The notes: generated by a model not told the origin, from the letters alone. A stretch of DNA of 64,000 nt from Vescimonas coprocola (GCA_963660615.1 CAVKYE010000005.1:3349-67348); one strand, 5' to 3'; shown: positions 27,877-38,559, counted from the stretch's first letter. Made by a program: numbers and translations.

Positions 27877-27931
27877 AACATCCTTGTTTTTGTGTCTTTT
27901 TTTTTGTATAATTTATTTGGAGGGATACTTT

Positions 27932-28756
27932 ATGGAATATTCACCTAATAAACTTAAAAGGGTTATTGATGATAATAATTTTAATTTTAAGAAAAAATTT
28001 GGTCAAAATTTTATTGTGGATGAAAATATTATTGATGCGATTGTTAGGAAGTCTTTGGTTGATAAGGATACTTTGGTTATTGAGATTGGACCTGGTGCTG
28101 GTAGTTTGACTAGTAAGCTTGGAACTATAGCTCGTAATGTTGTTGCTTATGAGATTGATGAATCTTTGAAACCTATTTTAGAGAATAATATTTGTGATAA
28201 TACAAAGATTATTTATGGTGATTTTTTGAAGGCTTCGATACTTTTTGATATTAAGGATTATGACTATAAAAAGTTGTATGTGGTTGCGAATTTACCTTAT
28301 TATATTACGACGCCTATTATTATTAAGCTTATAGAAGATAAGATTCCTGTGGATAAGATTGTGGTTATGGTTCAAAAGGAGGTTGGTGATAGGTTTAGGG
28401 CTGTTCCTAATACAAAGGATTATAATTCGCTTTCTATTTTTTTGAATTATTATTTTAAGGTTTCTAAGCTTATGGATGTTAGTCGTAATGTTTTTGTTCC
28501 TAGGCCTAATGTTGATAGTATTGTTGTTTGTTTTGAAAAGAGATCTGATAGGTATTTTTTGAAGGATGAGGATGTATTTTTTAAGTTGATTAGGGATAGT
28601 TTTAAACAAAAGAGGAAGACGCTTAGGAATAATTTGAAGGGTTATGATTTGGATAAAGTTTTATCTGTTCTTAATGAATATGGTTTAGATTTGTCGGTTA
28701 GGGCTGAAGCCCTTTCTATTGAAATTTTTGTTAAAATAGCGAATGCGTTATCCTAA
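27932..28756 (+). CDS. rsmA: 16S rRNA (adenine1518/1519-N6)-dimethyltransferase
   Basis: KKKFGQNFIVDENII, EIGPGAGSLT, VANLPYYITTPII. ATG after GGAGGGA; the upstream extension from 27758 is rejected. Confidence 0.9.
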   Translation: MEYSPNKLKRVIDDNNFNFKKKFGQNFIVDENIIDAIVRKSLVDKDTLVIEIGPGAGSLTSKLGTIARNVVAYEIDESLKPILENNICDNTKIIYGDFLKASILFDIKDYDYKKLYVVANLPYYITTPIIIKLIEDKIPVDKIVVMVQKEVGDRFRAVPNTKDYNSLSIFLNYYFKVSKLMDVSRNVFVPRPNVDSIVVCFEKRSDRYFLKDEDVFFKLIRDSFKQKRKTLRNNLKGYDLDKVLSVLNEYGLDLSVRAEALSIEIFVKIANALS

Positions 28757-28797
28757 ATATGGTCACTAAGGCATAAAATGTTTTGGTGATTTTTTAT

Positions 28798-30063
28798 ATG
28801 CTTGAATGTGTTAAGGCGGTTATGTGGGCTATTTTGACTGTGGTTATGGTGTTTTTGAGTTTGCGTTTTACTTTTTTACTTAGGGCTTTACAGTTTAATT
28901 TTGTTAATATTTTTAGGGCTTTAAGTTTTAAGGTGGATTATGGTATTACTCCTATTAAGACTTTGTTTTTGACGCTTGCTGGTAGGATTGGTGTTGGTAG
29001 TATTGCGGGTGTGGCTTTGGCTATTTATGTTGGTGGGGCTGGATGTATTTTTTGGATGTGGGTTATTGCTTTGCTTTCTTCTATTTTGGCTTATGTGGAG
29101 ACATTTCTTGCGGTTAGATTTAAGGATAGGGTGAATAATATTGGCGGACCTTCTTTTTATTTGAAGCGTATAAGTGTTATTTTGGCTTTTTGTTATTCTT
29201 TTTTGGTGATTGTTGCTTATTTATTTGGGTTTATTCCGATTCAGGCAAATACGATTGTCCGTTCTTTGGGGGACGGAGTTAATGAATGGTTTGTTGGTTT
29301 TTTGCTTGCTTTGGTTACGTTTTTGGTTGTAAGGGGTGGTATTTCGAAGATTTCTTCTTTTGTTTCTGGGCTTGTTCCTTTTATGATGGTTTTGTATGTT
29401 TTGATGACTTTGGTGGTTCTTTTTCTTAATTTTTCTAAGATACCTTCTATTATTTCGTTGATTTTTTCTTCGGCTTTTTCTTTTAAACCGTTTATTTCTT
29501 CTTTTATTCCGATGGTTTTGACGGGATTTAGTAGGGCTATTTTTTCTAATGAGTCTGGTATTGGTTTGGGTGGTATTGCGTCTTCTGCTTCTTGTTGTAA
29601 TGATGGAAGGGTTAGTGGTTATATTCAGGTTTTGGGGGTGTATATTACTAGTATTATTATTTGTACAGCTACGGCTTTTATGATTCTTGCTTATGATTAT
29701 AGTAGTCTTTCTCTGGTGAATCCTAATGGAATTGAGCTTACTTTGGCAGCTTTTTGTCATCATTTTGGGGTGTGTGGTAAATTTCTTTTGGTTTTGTGTA
29801 TTTTGATGTTTTCGTTTTCTACTATTTTGACGGGTCATTATTATTGTGAATCTAGTATGCGTTTTTTAATGGAGTTTAATGTTTCTTTTATTTTTGTTAT
29901 TTTAACTCCTCTTAGTGTTTTTTTGGGTTCTATTATGTCTTCTTCACTTATTTGGTGTGTTATTGATATTTTGGTGGCTATTTTGGCTTTTATTAATTTG
30001 TATGGGCTTTTTAGGCTTTCTTCTTTGGTGGTTGACTATCATAAAAATTGTGATAGAATATAA
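28798..30063 (+). CDS. alanine/glycine:cation symporter (AGCS) family transporter; start uncertain (28783/28798)
   Basis: Multi-pass membrane protein with GRIGVGSIAGVALAIYVGGAGCIFWMW, the AGCS signature region. Confidence 0.75.
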   Translation: MLECVKAVMWAILTVVMVFLSLRFTFLLRALQFNFVNIFRALSFKVDYGITPIKTLFLTLAGRIGVGSIAGVALAIYVGGAGCIFWMWVIALLSSILAYVETFLAVRFKDRVNNIGGPSFYLKRISVILAFCYSFLVIVAYLFGFIPIQANTIVRSLGDGVNEWFVGFLLALVTFLVVRGGISKISSFVSGLVPFMMVLYVLMTLVVLFLNFSKIPSIISLIFSSAFSFKPFISSFIPMVLTGFSRAIFSNESGIGLGGIASSASCCNDGRVSGYIQVLGVYITSIIICTATAFMILAYDYSSLSLVNPNGIELTLAAFCHHFGVCGKFLLVLCILMFSFSTILTGHYYCESSMRFLMEFNVSFIFVILTPLSVFLGSIMSSSLIWCVIDILVAILAFINLYGLFRLSSLVVDYHKNCDRI

Positions 30064-30078
30064 GCAGGAAGTGATTTA

Positions 30079-30744
30079 GTGATTAATAAGAAATGGGATA
30101 TTGTTTTAAAAGATGAGTTGAATAAGCCTTATTTTCGTGATTTGGGGATTTTTGTTAAGGATGAATATAAGCATAAGGTTATTTACCCAGAGTATCAAAA
30201 TATTTTTAATGCTCTTAGATATACTGATTATGATGAAGTTAAGGTGGTTATTTTAGGACAAGATCCTTATCATGGTGAGCATGAGGCTCATGGCCTTTCT
30301 TTTTCTGTTTTGGATGGGGTTAGAAGGCCTCCTTCTTTGGATAATATTTTTAAGGAGTTATATAGTGATTTACATATTACTAGAAGGTCTAATGATTTGA
30401 CTGACCTCGCTAGGCAAGGTGTTTTTTTGCTTAATTCTATTATGACGGTTGTGAAGGATAGTCCGCTTTCTCATAAGGGAAAAGGCTGGGAGATTTTTAC
30501 AGATAATTTGATTAGACTTTTAAATGATAGAAAAGAACCGATTGTTTTTATTTTTTGGGGTGCTTATGCAAGAAGTAAGAAGGCTTTGATTACTAATAGT
30601 AGGCATCTTGTTATTGAAAGTGTGCATCCTTCTCCTTTGTCTGCGCATCGTGGTTTTTTTGGTAGTCGTCCTTTTTCACGTGCGAATAATTTTTTGGTAA
30701 GTCATGGTATTAAACCGATTGAATGGGGTGATTATGATGAATGA
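30079..30744 (+). CDS. ung: uracil-DNA glycosylase
   Basis: VVILGQDPYHG and HPSPLSA motifs; GTG start. Confidence 0.92.
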   Translation: MINKKWDIVLKDELNKPYFRDLGIFVKDEYKHKVIYPEYQNIFNALRYTDYDEVKVVILGQDPYHGEHEAHGLSFSVLDGVRRPPSLDNIFKELYSDLHITRRSNDLTDLARQGVFLLNSIMTVVKDSPLSHKGKGWEIFTDNLIRLLNDRKEPIVFIFWGAYARSKKALITNSRHLVIESVHPSPLSAHRGFFGSRPFSRANNFLVSHGIKPIEWGDYDE

Positions 30745-32053
30745 GGCTCTTATGATGATGAGAAATCATTTTAGATTTGGTGATTGTGTTGTGGTGGCAA
30801 CTAGCGGTGGTCCTGATTCGATGGCTTTGCTTCATCTTGTGCTTTCTTTGCGTGATGAACTAGGTCTTGATGTTGTGTGTGCACATGTTAATCATAAACT
30901 TAGATTAGAGAGTGATGATGAGGAGTCTATGGTTATGAATTTTTGTGATTCAAATGGATTATCTTGCGAGGTTTTTACCATTGATGGTTATAATAATGGG
31001 AATGTTGAATGTGATGCTCGTAATCAAAGATATGCTTTTTTTGAAAGAATTGTAAATAAGTGTAAAGCTGGGTGGCTACTTACGGCTCATCATGGTGATG
31101 ATTTGATGGAGACTATTCTTATGCGTCTTACTCGCGGTTCTTCTTTTTTGGGATATGCGGGTTTTCGTGAGATTACTTGTAAGGATGGTTATAAAATTAT
31201 GAGACCACTTATTTTTTATACGAAGGATTTTATTTTGGATTATGTTCTTAAGAATAATATTCCTTATGCGGTTGATGAAACTAATTTGAGTGATGATTAT
31301 ACGAGAAATAGGATTAGAAATCATGTTTTACCACTTCTTAAACGGGAAAATAAGAATGTTCATAGGAAGTTTTATGATTTTAGTTTGTCTTTGTTTATGA
31401 ATGGCGAATATATTTCTAAGCAGGTCAATAAGTATATGGATTTGGTTTATGTAGATGGTGTTTTGAGGGTTTCTTCTTTTTTGAAACTTGATAAGGCGAT
31501 TCAAGTTGGGATTATGAATTCTATTTTGGATTTGGTTTATGGTGATGATATTACTTTGATTAATCGTAAGCATACTACTCAAATCTTTGATATTTTAAAT
31601 TCGTCTGTTTCTAATAAGCGGATTTCTTTGCCTTTAGGTAAGGAGGCTAGACGTTCTTATGATTCTTTTGTTATTAGGGATAAGGTTTTGAATAATGATT
31701 ATAGGTTTGTTTTTGATGATTATTTGAAACTTGCTTCTGGGCATTTTTTGGAGCGTGTTTCTTCGTCTTCGGATACATCTAATTATGTGACACGTATTTC
31801 TTCTTCGGAGGTTTCTTTACCGCTTTATGTTCGTAATAGGAGAAAAGGTGATGTTATATGTGTGAAGGGACTTAAAGGGTCTAAAAAACTTAAGGATGTG
31901 TTTATTGATTCTAAGGTTCCGCTTGCTTTAAGGGATGTTATTCCAGTGGTTGTTGACAGTAAAGATGAGATTATTTGGCTACCTGGGATTAAAAAAACTA
32001 AATTTGATAAGCAAAAGAATGAAAACTATGATATAATAATTAGGTATTATTAA
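30734..32053 (+). CDS. tilS: tRNA(Ile)-lysidine synthetase
   Basis: VATSGGPDSMALL PP-loop, AHVNHKLR, TAHHGDDLMET. Start overlaps the ung stop. Confidence 0.88.
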   Translation: MMNEALMMMRNHFRFGDCVVVATSGGPDSMALLHLVLSLRDELGLDVVCAHVNHKLRLESDDEESMVMNFCDSNGLSCEVFTIDGYNNGNVECDARNQRYAFFERIVNKCKAGWLLTAHHGDDLMETILMRLTRGSSFLGYAGFREITCKDGYKIMRPLIFYTKDFILDYVLKNNIPYAVDETNLSDDYTRNRIRNHVLPLLKRENKNVHRKFYDFSLSLFMNGEYISKQVNKYMDLVYVDGVLRVSSFLKLDKAIQVGIMNSILDLVYGDDITLINRKHTTQIFDILNSSVSNKRISLPLGKEARRSYDSFVIRDKVLNNDYRFVFDDYLKLASGHFLERVSSSSDTSNYVTRISSSEVSLPLYVRNRRKGDVICVKGLKGSKKLKDVFIDSKVPLALRDVIPVVVDSKDEIIWLPGIKKTKFDKQKNENYDIIIRYY

Positions 32054-32070
32054 AGAAAGGGAGTTTTGTA

Positions 32071-34059
32071 ATGAATAAAAAAACTATAAAACGCGGGCTT
32101 ATGCCTTATGTATTTTTGTTTATTTTCTTATTTGGTATTATGCTTATTTTTAGTACTTTAAATAGGGAAGTACATCAAATTACTTATGGGGAGTTTACTG
32201 AAAAGCTTGCTAATAAGGAAGTTAAGGAGATTAATGTTACTCCTAGATCTCGTGCTAGTGTATATACTATTACTGGTAAGCTTAAGGGTTATAAGTCAAA
32301 TGAAACTTTTAGTTTTGATATGCCACTTACTAATGAGACAATGGTTAAGTTACTTGATGCGGAAGATGCTAATGGTTTTAAGATGACGACGACTACTGAT
32401 CCTGAGTCTAGTACGTTACTATTATTTTTGATTAATGTGCTTCCAATGATTTTATTGATTGGTCTTGCATTTTACTTTATTACTCGTCAAATGGGTGGTG
32501 GAAGTAAATCTATGGATTTTGGTAAGAGTAAGGCTAGACTTACAACTGGTGAAGGAAAGGTTACTTTTAAGGATGTAGCTGGTCTTTCTGAAGAGAAGGA
32601 AGAGGTTGCTGAACTTATTGATTTCCTTAAAAATCCTAAGAAGTTCCAGAAGATGGGTGCTAGAATACCTAAGGGTGTTTTGTTAGTGGGCCCTCCTGGT
32701 ACTGGTAAGACTTTACTTGCTAAGGCGGTAGCTGGCGAGGCTAATGTTCCATTTTATTTTATAAGTGGTTCTGAGTTTGTTGAGCTATTTGTTGGTGTTG
32801 GTGCTTCTAGAGTTAGAGACATGTTTAAACAGGCTAAACAGAGTGCTCCTTGTTTGATTTTCATTGATGAAATTGATGCTGTTGGTAGACAAAGGGGTGC
32901 TGGTCTTGGTGGCGGTCATGATGAAAGGGAACAAACTTTGAATCAATTGCTTACTGAGATGGATGGTTTTGGTGCTAATGAAGGTATTATCATTATTGCA
33001 GCTACTAATAGACCTGATGTTTTGGATCCTGCGCTTTTAAGACCTGGTAGGTTTGATAGACAGGTTACTGTTAATCTTCCTGATGCTAAGGGCAGAGAGG
33101 AGATTTTAGGTGTTCATGCTATTGGTAAGACTTTTGAGGATGGTATTACTATGAGTAATATTGCTAAGAGAACTGTTGGCTTTAGTGGTGCTGATTTGGA
33201 AAATTTACTTAATGAGGCTGCTTTGCTTGCGGTTAGACGTAATAAGTCTAAGATTAGTATGAATGAGATTGATGAGGCTCATGATAGGGTTCTTATGGGA
33301 CCTGCTAAGAAGAGTAAGAAGTATACTGATAGAGAAAAGAAGACTGTTGCTTATCACGAGGCTGGTCATGCGGTTGTTGGTCTTAAACTTGAAGGGGCTA
33401 ATGACGTTCAAAAGATTACAATTATTCCAAGAGGTTCTGCTGGAGGATACAATTTGATGCTTCCTAAAGAGGAAACTTATTTGGAAACTAAGACTGAACT
33501 TTTACAGACTATTAGTGGACTTTTAGCTGGTAGGGTTGCTGAGGAAATTATGTTTAATGAAATTACTACTGGTGCTTCTAATGATTTCCAAAAGGCAACT
33601 AAGATAGCAAGAGCTATGGTTACTGAATATGGTATGAGTGATTTAGGCCCTGTTCAATTTGAACATCAAAGTTCAAGTGTTTTCTTGGGTAGAGATTATA
33701 ATAAGCAACAGAATTTCTCTGTTAAGGTTGCTGATCAAATTGATGAGGAAGTTAGAAAGATTATTGAAGAGCAATATGCAATTACTAAACGTATTATTAG
33801 TGAGAATATGGATTTGCTTCATTTAATTGCTAAGACTTTATTAGAATATGAGACTATTACTAAGGAACAAATTGATTACTTGGTTGAAAATGGTCATATG
33901 CCAAAGGAAGCTGAAAAGGAACTTGTTTCTTCTGATGTTAAAGAGGTTTCTTTGGAGGATTTAACTTTGGATGAACTTAAGGACCTTGCTAAGGAAAAAG
34001 GTATTAAGGGTTATTCTAAGATGAATAAGTCTGAACTTATTGATAAATTGAAAGATTAA
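32071..34059 (+). CDS. ftsH: ATP-dependent zinc metalloprotease FtsH with C-terminal Rho_N/SAP-like tail
   Basis: [34 protein letters not shown] zinc site. The last ~37 aa read [31 protein letters not shown]. Confidence 0.93.
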   Translation: MNKKTIKRGLMPYVFLFIFLFGIMLIFSTLNREVHQITYGEFTEKLANKEVKEINVTPRSRASVYTITGKLKGYKSNETFSFDMPLTNETMVKLLDAEDANGFKMTTTTDPESSTLLLFLINVLPMILLIGLAFYFITRQMGGGSKSMDFGKSKARLTTGEGKVTFKDVAGLSEEKEEVAELIDFLKNPKKFQKMGARIPKGVLLVGPPGTGKTLLAKAVAGEANVPFYFISGSEFVELFVGVGASRVRDMFKQAKQSAPCLIFIDEIDAVGRQRGAGLGGGHDEREQTLNQLLTEMDGFGANEGIIIIAATNRPDVLDPALLRPGRFDRQVTVNLPDAKGREEILGVHAIGKTFEDGITMSNIAKRTVGFSGADLENLLNEAALLAVRRNKSKISMNEIDEAHDRVLMGPAKKSKKYTDREKKTVAYHEAGHAVVGLKLEGANDVQKITIIPRGSAGGYNLMLPKEETYLETKTELLQTISGLLAGRVAEEIMFNEITTGASNDFQKATKIARAMVTEYGMSDLGPVQFEHQSSSVFLGRDYNKQQNFSVKVADQIDEEVRKIIEEQYAITKRIISENMDLLHLIAKTLLEYETITKEQIDYLVENGHMPKEAEKELVSSDVKEVSLEDLTLDELKDLAKEKGIKGYSKMNKSELIDKLKD

Positions 34060-34075
34060 TTTCTTTCTTTTTTTG

Positions 34076-34099
34076 TGTGGATAAGTATGGTTATCCACA
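34076..34099. other. inverted pair of perfect DnaA-box 9-mers (TGTGGATAA N6 TTATCCACA)
   Basis: Direct reading; it also forms a 9-bp hairpin 16 nt after the ftsH stop. Confidence 0.5.
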
Positions 34100-34121
34100 G
34101 GAATGTTATTTTGGATTATAA

Positions 34122-34157
34122 AAAATACTGTGGAAAGGACTTTTTCTACAGTATTTT
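34122..34157 (+). terminator. probable ftsH terminator
   Basis: 10-bp stem AAAATACTGT / ACAGTATTTT with further inner pairing; T-rich 3' side. Confidence 0.45.
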
Positions 34158-34337
34158 CATTTTATAAAAGTTGTTACTGATATTAGAAGATGTGGGAAAT
34201 CAACATTATTTGAATTATATAAAGATTATTTATTAAATAGTGGAGTTCAAAATTTACAAATAATTAGTTTGAATTTTGAAAATCCAAGTGATATGAAATT
34301 TGAAAATTGGAGAGAGCTATATGATTATAGATGGTAA
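34158..34337 (+). pseudogene. fragment of an AAA_14/DUF4143-type ATPase gene
   Basis: Open frame VVTDIRRCGKSTLFELYKDYLLNSGVQNLQIISLNFENPSD.. (Walker A context typical of that family). It has no start and stops after ~55 codons. Confidence 0.45.
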
Positions 34338-34492
34338 AATGGATTATATATGATACAGGTGTTGGATAAGTTTGAGAAGGCTGTTGATGGTTTGTTATAC
34401 AGAATATGGCATTGATTTTATGTCGTTTTCAAATCTGAAATTTTTTTGAAAAAAATGTAAATTCTGTGCATTTTGTACATTTTTTTTGTACT

Positions 34493-34515
34493 AAAAAAGT
34501 TTAGTTTGTCTAAAC
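34493..34515 (-). terminator. gpsA terminator
   Basis: GTTTAG-loop-CTAAAC followed by T6 on the minus strand. Confidence 0.55.
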
Positions 34516-34520
34516 CTTTG

Positions 34521-35489
34521 TTATTTTTGAATTAGAAATTTTATTAGGTCTTCTTTTGTTTTGTCTTTATATATTATTTCGTCTATTAAGTCAATTATTT
34601 TCATTTCTACGTTTTTTTCTGTTATTAATTGTTTGATTGATTTTAGGGTATATAGTCCTTCTATGGTTGTGTTTTCTATATAGGTGTTTATTTCTTCTTT
34701 TGAAGCGCCTTCTCCTATTAATTTACCAAATGAATAGTTACGGCTTTTTGGACTTGTGGCGGTTAGGATTAGATCTCCTATTCCAGCATATGATAGAACT
34801 GTGTTTTCGTCCGCTTTTAGGTCTTTTATTAGTTTTTTTATGTCATGTATCGATTCGGTTAGGAACATGGCTTTGGTGCTTTCTTCCATTTTCATGCCAT
34901 CTAACATGCCTGAGGCGATGGCGATTACGTTTTTTATGGCGCCACATATTTCTATACCGATTACATCTTTACATGTTCTTAGTTTGAAGTGGTTATTTTG
35001 AAAGGCTTTTTTTACTAGGTCTGTTGTTTTTTTGTTTTGACTTGCAAGGGTTAGGGCGACGGGAATTTTATTTGCGACGTCTATGGCAAATGATGGGCCT
35101 GATATTGCGGCTATGTTATCTGTATTTAGTATGTTGTTTACTATTTCTGAGATAAATAGGCAACTTTTTTGCTCTATTCCTTTTGATGCAATGATGATTG
35201 GTTTGTCTTTTATATATTCTTTGGCATCTTCTAGGGTTTTACTTACGAAGGCTGTTGGTATTGCAATTAAGATAAAGTCTGAATCTTGGCTTGCTTCTTC
35301 TAGGTCTGTTGTTATTTTTATTTCTCGGGGTATTTTTATGCCTGGGAGTTTTGGAGTTATTCTCTTTTTGTTTAATATGTTTTTTTCTTCTTCGAATGCT
35401 GTCCACATTGTTACTTCATTTTTATTTTCATTTAAGATTGTTGATAGTGCGGTTCCATATGCTCCGCATCCTAATACACATATTTTCAT
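34521..35489 (-). CDS. gpsA: NAD(P)H-dependent glycerol-3-phosphate dehydrogenase
   Basis: MKICVLGCGAYGTAL Rossmann N-terminus, GAIKNVIAIASG. Start taken at the ATG of MKICVLG. Confidence 0.88.
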   Translation of the reverse strand: MKICVLGCGAYGTALSTILNENKNEVTMWTAFEEEKNILNKKRITPKLPGIKIPREIKITTDLEEASQDSDFILIAIPTAFVSKTLEDAKEYIKDKPIIIASKGIEQKSCLFISEIVNNILNTDNIAAISGPSFAIDVANKIPVALTLASQNKKTTDLVKKAFQNNHFKLRTCKDVIGIEICGAIKNVIAIASGMLDGMKMEESTKAMFLTESIHDIKKLIKDLKADENTVLSYAGIGDLILTATSPKSRNYSFGKLIGEGASKEEINTYIENTTIEGLYTLKSIKQLITEKNVEMKIIDLIDEIIYKDKTKEDLIKFLIQK

Positions 35490-35609
35490 TTTTATCACCA
35501 TTTATAATTATATATTATTCTTTTGATTAAATCAATGTTTATTTGTGTATGCAGTTTTTGCTTTGTAAAAAATATGTCATTTTTTTGTAAAAAATGTGAT
35601 AAAAAGGCT

Positions 35610-35638
35610 TGAAATTCATACGATTTTATTGTATACTG
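35610..35638 (+). promoter_or_regulatory. S10 operon promoter
   Basis: TTGAAA, 17-nt spacer, TATACT. Confidence 0.6.
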
Positions 35639-35772
35639 TTGAATGTGTGGCATGCAATGATGTGTGAGGTTGCTGAGATGCCAGGTTAAGTTGTAAACAT
35701 TTACAATGGCATACTTAGGTTTTTTACACGGAGCAAGTCTATACTGAGATATAGGCGAAAGGAGGATACAAT
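35639..35772 (+). promoter_or_regulatory. structured S10-operon 5' leader
   Basis: ATGCC(A) at 35678-35683 can pair with either GGCAT (35649-35653) or TGGCAT (35707-35712). The latter hairpin is followed a few nt later by T6. Confidence 0.4.
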
Positions 35773-36081
35773 ATGTCTAAGACAAAGGTTCGTATCAGAC
35801 TTAAGGCGTTTGAACACAAGAATTTAGATAAGGCTTGTGGTAAAATAATTGAGACTGTTAAGAGAACTGGTGGTGAAGTAAGTGGACCAATTCCGCTACC
35901 AACTGAGGTTGAAAAAATCACTATTTTGAGAGCTGTTCACAAGTATAAAGATTCACGTGAACAATTTGAAAAAAGAACACACAAAAGACTTATTGATGTC
36001 AATAATCCAAGCAAGGAGACTATTGATGCATTATCGCATTTAGAAATCCCAAGTGGTGTTGATATTCAAATTAAATTATAG
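35773..36081 (+). CDS. rpsJ: 30S ribosomal protein S10
   Basis: Conserved S10 sequence ([12 protein letters not shown]..); AGGAGG RBS; first gene of the operon. Confidence 0.96.
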   Translation: MSKTKVRIRLKAFEHKNLDKACGKIIETVKRTGGEVSGPIPLPTEVEKITILRAVHKYKDSREQFEKRTHKRLIDVNNPSKETIDALSHLEIPSGVDIQIKL

Positions 36082-36093
36082 GAGGAATGAACG

Positions 36094-36804
36094 ATGAAAG
36101 GAATCTTAGGTCGTAAAATTGGAATGACTCAAGTTTTCGACAAGGAAGGTAAATTAACCCCTGTAACTGCTGTTTTGGTTACTCCTAATGTAGTAACTCA
36201 AATCAAAACTGTGGAAAACGATGGTTACGAGGCTATTCAACTTGCTTTTGAAGACAAGAGGGAAAAGTTAGCGACAAAAGCTTCTGCTGGACATACTAGC
36301 AAAGCAAACACTACACCTAAGCGCTTCTTTAAAGAAATTAGAGGTGTTGATGTCAATGAATATACTTTAGGGCAAGAAATCACTGCTGATATTTTTGCTA
36401 GAGGAGAAGTAATTGATGTTACTGGAACTTCAAAAGGTAAAGGGTTCCAAGGTGTTATTAAAAGACATGGTCAACACAGAGGCCCTATGGGACATGGTTC
36501 ACATTATCATAGAAGACCAGGTTCAATGGGAACAATGAGACCAATGCGTGTATTTAAAGGTAAAAAATTACCAGGTCATATGGGAGTTGAAACTGTTACA
36601 ATTCAAAATCTTGAAGTTGTTTCAGTAGATGCTGAAAATAATGTAATTTTAGTTAAGGGAAATATTCCTGGACCTAAAAAAGGATTAGTTATCATTAAAA
36701 GTGCTGTTAAAAACCCTAATAAGATATATGAAAGACCAGAATTAAATTCTTGGACTAAAGAGGTAACTCCTTTAGATACTGAAACTACTAAGGAAGAAAA
36801 GTAG
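36094..36804 (+). CDS. rplC: 50S ribosomal protein L3 (with ~25-aa C-terminal extension)
   Basis: [15 protein letters not shown].., FQGVIKRHG; operon order. Confidence 0.95.
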   Translation: MKGILGRKIGMTQVFDKEGKLTPVTAVLVTPNVVTQIKTVENDGYEAIQLAFEDKREKLATKASAGHTSKANTTPKRFFKEIRGVDVNEYTLGQEITADIFARGEVIDVTGTSKGKGFQGVIKRHGQHRGPMGHGSHYHRRPGSMGTMRPMRVFKGKKLPGHMGVETVTIQNLEVVSVDAENNVILVKGNIPGPKKGLVIIKSAVKNPNKIYERPELNSWTKEVTPLDTETTKEEK

Positions 36805-36815
36805 GAGGATAAAAC

Positions 36816-37439
36816 ATGAAAAAGAATTCTGTAATAAATATTAAGGGTGAAAAAGTTAAAGACATCACTTTAAACGAAAAAGTTTGGGGAATTGAACCAA
36901 ATGATTCAGTTTTATATGATGCTATTACATTAGCTAGAGCTTCTATGAGGCAAGGTACTCATAGTACTAAAACACGCAGTGAAGTAAGTGGTGGCGGAAA
37001 GAAACCATGGAGACAAAAAGGCACTGGTCATGCTAGACAAGGTAGTACAAGAAGTCCACAATGGCCAGGCGGAGGAATTGTATTCGGTCCTAAGCCAAGA
37101 ACTTATAACAAAAAACAAAATAGAAAAGAGAGAGTGCTTGCACTTAAGTCTGCTCTTTCATACAAAGTTTTGGATAAGGAAATTATTATTTTAGATAGTT
37201 TAATGCCTGAAACTGGTAAAACAAAAGAGATGGTTAAAATTTTAGATGCTATTAAGGCTTCAAAAAACATTTTAATCGTTGTTGATGAACTTACTGATAA
37301 CGTTATTTTAGGTACAAGAAATATTCCAAATTTAGTGTTACTTAAAAATGATGAAATTAGTACTCTTGATGTAATTGCTGCTGATACTTTAGTAATTACT
37401 GAAAATGCTGTTAAAGCTATTGAGGAGGTGCTTGCATAA
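36816..37439 (+). CDS. rplD: 50S ribosomal protein L4
   Basis: [19 protein letters not shown] motif; operon order. Confidence 0.95.
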   Translation: MKKNSVINIKGEKVKDITLNEKVWGIEPNDSVLYDAITLARASMRQGTHSTKTRSEVSGGGKKPWRQKGTGHARQGSTRSPQWPGGGIVFGPKPRTYNKKQNRKERVLALKSALSYKVLDKEIIILDSLMPETGKTKEMVKILDAIKASKNILIVVDELTDNVILGTRNIPNLVLLKNDEISTLDVIAADTLVITENAVKAIEEVLA

Positions 37440-37711
37440 TGGATCCTAGAGATATTATAAAAGCCCCAATTATAACTGAAAAGACATCAGATTTAAAAGC
37501 TAATAATACAGTTGTGTTTAGTGTTGATGTTCGTGCTAACAAAACACAAATCAAACAAGCAGTTGAGCAAATCTGGGGTGTTAAAGTAGAAAGCGTAAAT
37601 ACTATTAACGTAAAACCTAAGACTAAAAGGGTTGGACGTTACGCTGGAAAAACTAATAGAGTGAAAAAAGCAATTGTTAAATTAAAAGAAGGAAGTTCTA
37701 TTGAACTTTAA
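37439..37711 (+). CDS. rplW: 50S ribosomal protein L23
   Basis: PIITEKTS.., KKAIVKL; TAATG overlap with rplD. Confidence 0.95.
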   Translation: MDPRDIIKAPIITEKTSDLKANNTVVFSVDVRANKTQIKQAVEQIWGVKVESVNTINVKPKTKRVGRYAGKTNRVKKAIVKLKEGSSIEL

Positions 37712-37728
37712 ACTTAAGGAGGATACAT

Positions 37729-38559
37729 ATGGCGATCAAATCATATAAGTCAATTACTAATGGTACTCGTGGAATGACTACTTTAGTTAATGAAGAAATT
37801 ACTAAAAAGAAACCTGAAAAATCATTAGTAACTACAATTAAAAAATCAGGTGGTCGTAATAATCAAGGTAAGATTACTGTAAGACATCATGGCGGTGGCG
37901 CTAAGAGAAAATATCGTATTATTGATTTTAGAAGAGTTAAGGACGGTATTATTGGTACTGTTGCTGCTATTGAGTACGACCCAAATAGAAGTGCTAACAT
38001 TGCTTTAATTAATTATGCTGATGGAGAAAAAGCTTATATTCTTGCTCCAAAAGGCTTAAAAGTTGGAATGAAGATTGAAAGTGGAGAAAATGCTGATATT
38101 AAAGTTGGTAATGCTTTACCACTTGCAAATATTCCTGAAGGAACTCTAGTTCATAATGTTGAATTAAAACCTGGTAAAGGTGGACAGATGGCAAGAAGTG
38201 CTGGAACTAGTGTTCAAATCTTGGGACGTGAAGGAAATTATACTTTACTTCGTTTGGGAAGTGGAGAAGTTCGTAAGGTCTTAAGCGTATGCCGTGCGAC
38301 AATCGGTGAGGTTGGTAATGCTGATTATGAACTTGTTAATTTAGGTAAAGCTGGAAGAAAAAGACATATGGGTATTAGACCAACTGTTCGTGGTTCTGTT
38401 ATGAACCCTAATGATCACCCACATGGTGGTGGTGAAGGACGTGCGCCAATCGGACGTAAAGGTCCTATGACTCCTTGGGGTAAACCAGCCCTTGGATATA
38501 AGACACGTAACAACAAAAAAGCTTCAAGCAAACTAATTGTTCGTCGTCGTAAAAAATAA
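37729..38559 (+). CDS. rplB: 50S ribosomal protein L2
   Basis: [25 protein letters not shown] motifs. Confidence 0.96.
   Translation: MAIKSYKSITNGTRGMTTLVNEEITKKKPEKSLVTTIKKSGGRNNQGKITVRHHGGGAKRKYRIIDFRRVKDGIIGTVAAIEYDPNRSANIALINYADGEKAYILAPKGLKVGMKIESGENADIKVGNALPLANIPEGTLVHNVELKPGKGGQMARSAGTSVQILGREGNYTLLRLGSGEVRKVLSVCRATIGEVGNADYELVNLGKAGRKRHMGIRPTVRGSVMNPNDHPHGGGEGRAPIGRKGPMTPWGKPALGYKTRNNKKASSKLIVRRRKK

Noticed and set aside
27758-27931. 58-aa N-terminal extension of rsmA
   Set aside because: It overlaps the 3' end of the 3D-domain gene in another frame and is hydrophobic nonsense. The conserved RsmA sequence begins at the ATG at 27932, after GGAGGGA.
29221-29838. 205-aa minus-strand ORF
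   Set aside because: It lies entirely antisense to the AGCS transporter gene. The product is low-complexity (K/R/N/T/Q-rich), with no RBS or family resemblance. It is a shadow ORF of an AT-rich region.
34076-34099. Replication origin at the DnaA-box pair
   Set aside because: There are only two boxes, no adjacent dnaA/dnaN, and no additional box cluster. Gene orientation does not switch here beyond the single convergent gpsA.
34637-35530. Several + strand ORFs (34637-34987, 34756-35001, 35083-35526, 35291-35530)
   Set aside because: All are antisense to the well-supported gpsA gene. Their products are Leu/Phe-rich nonsense.
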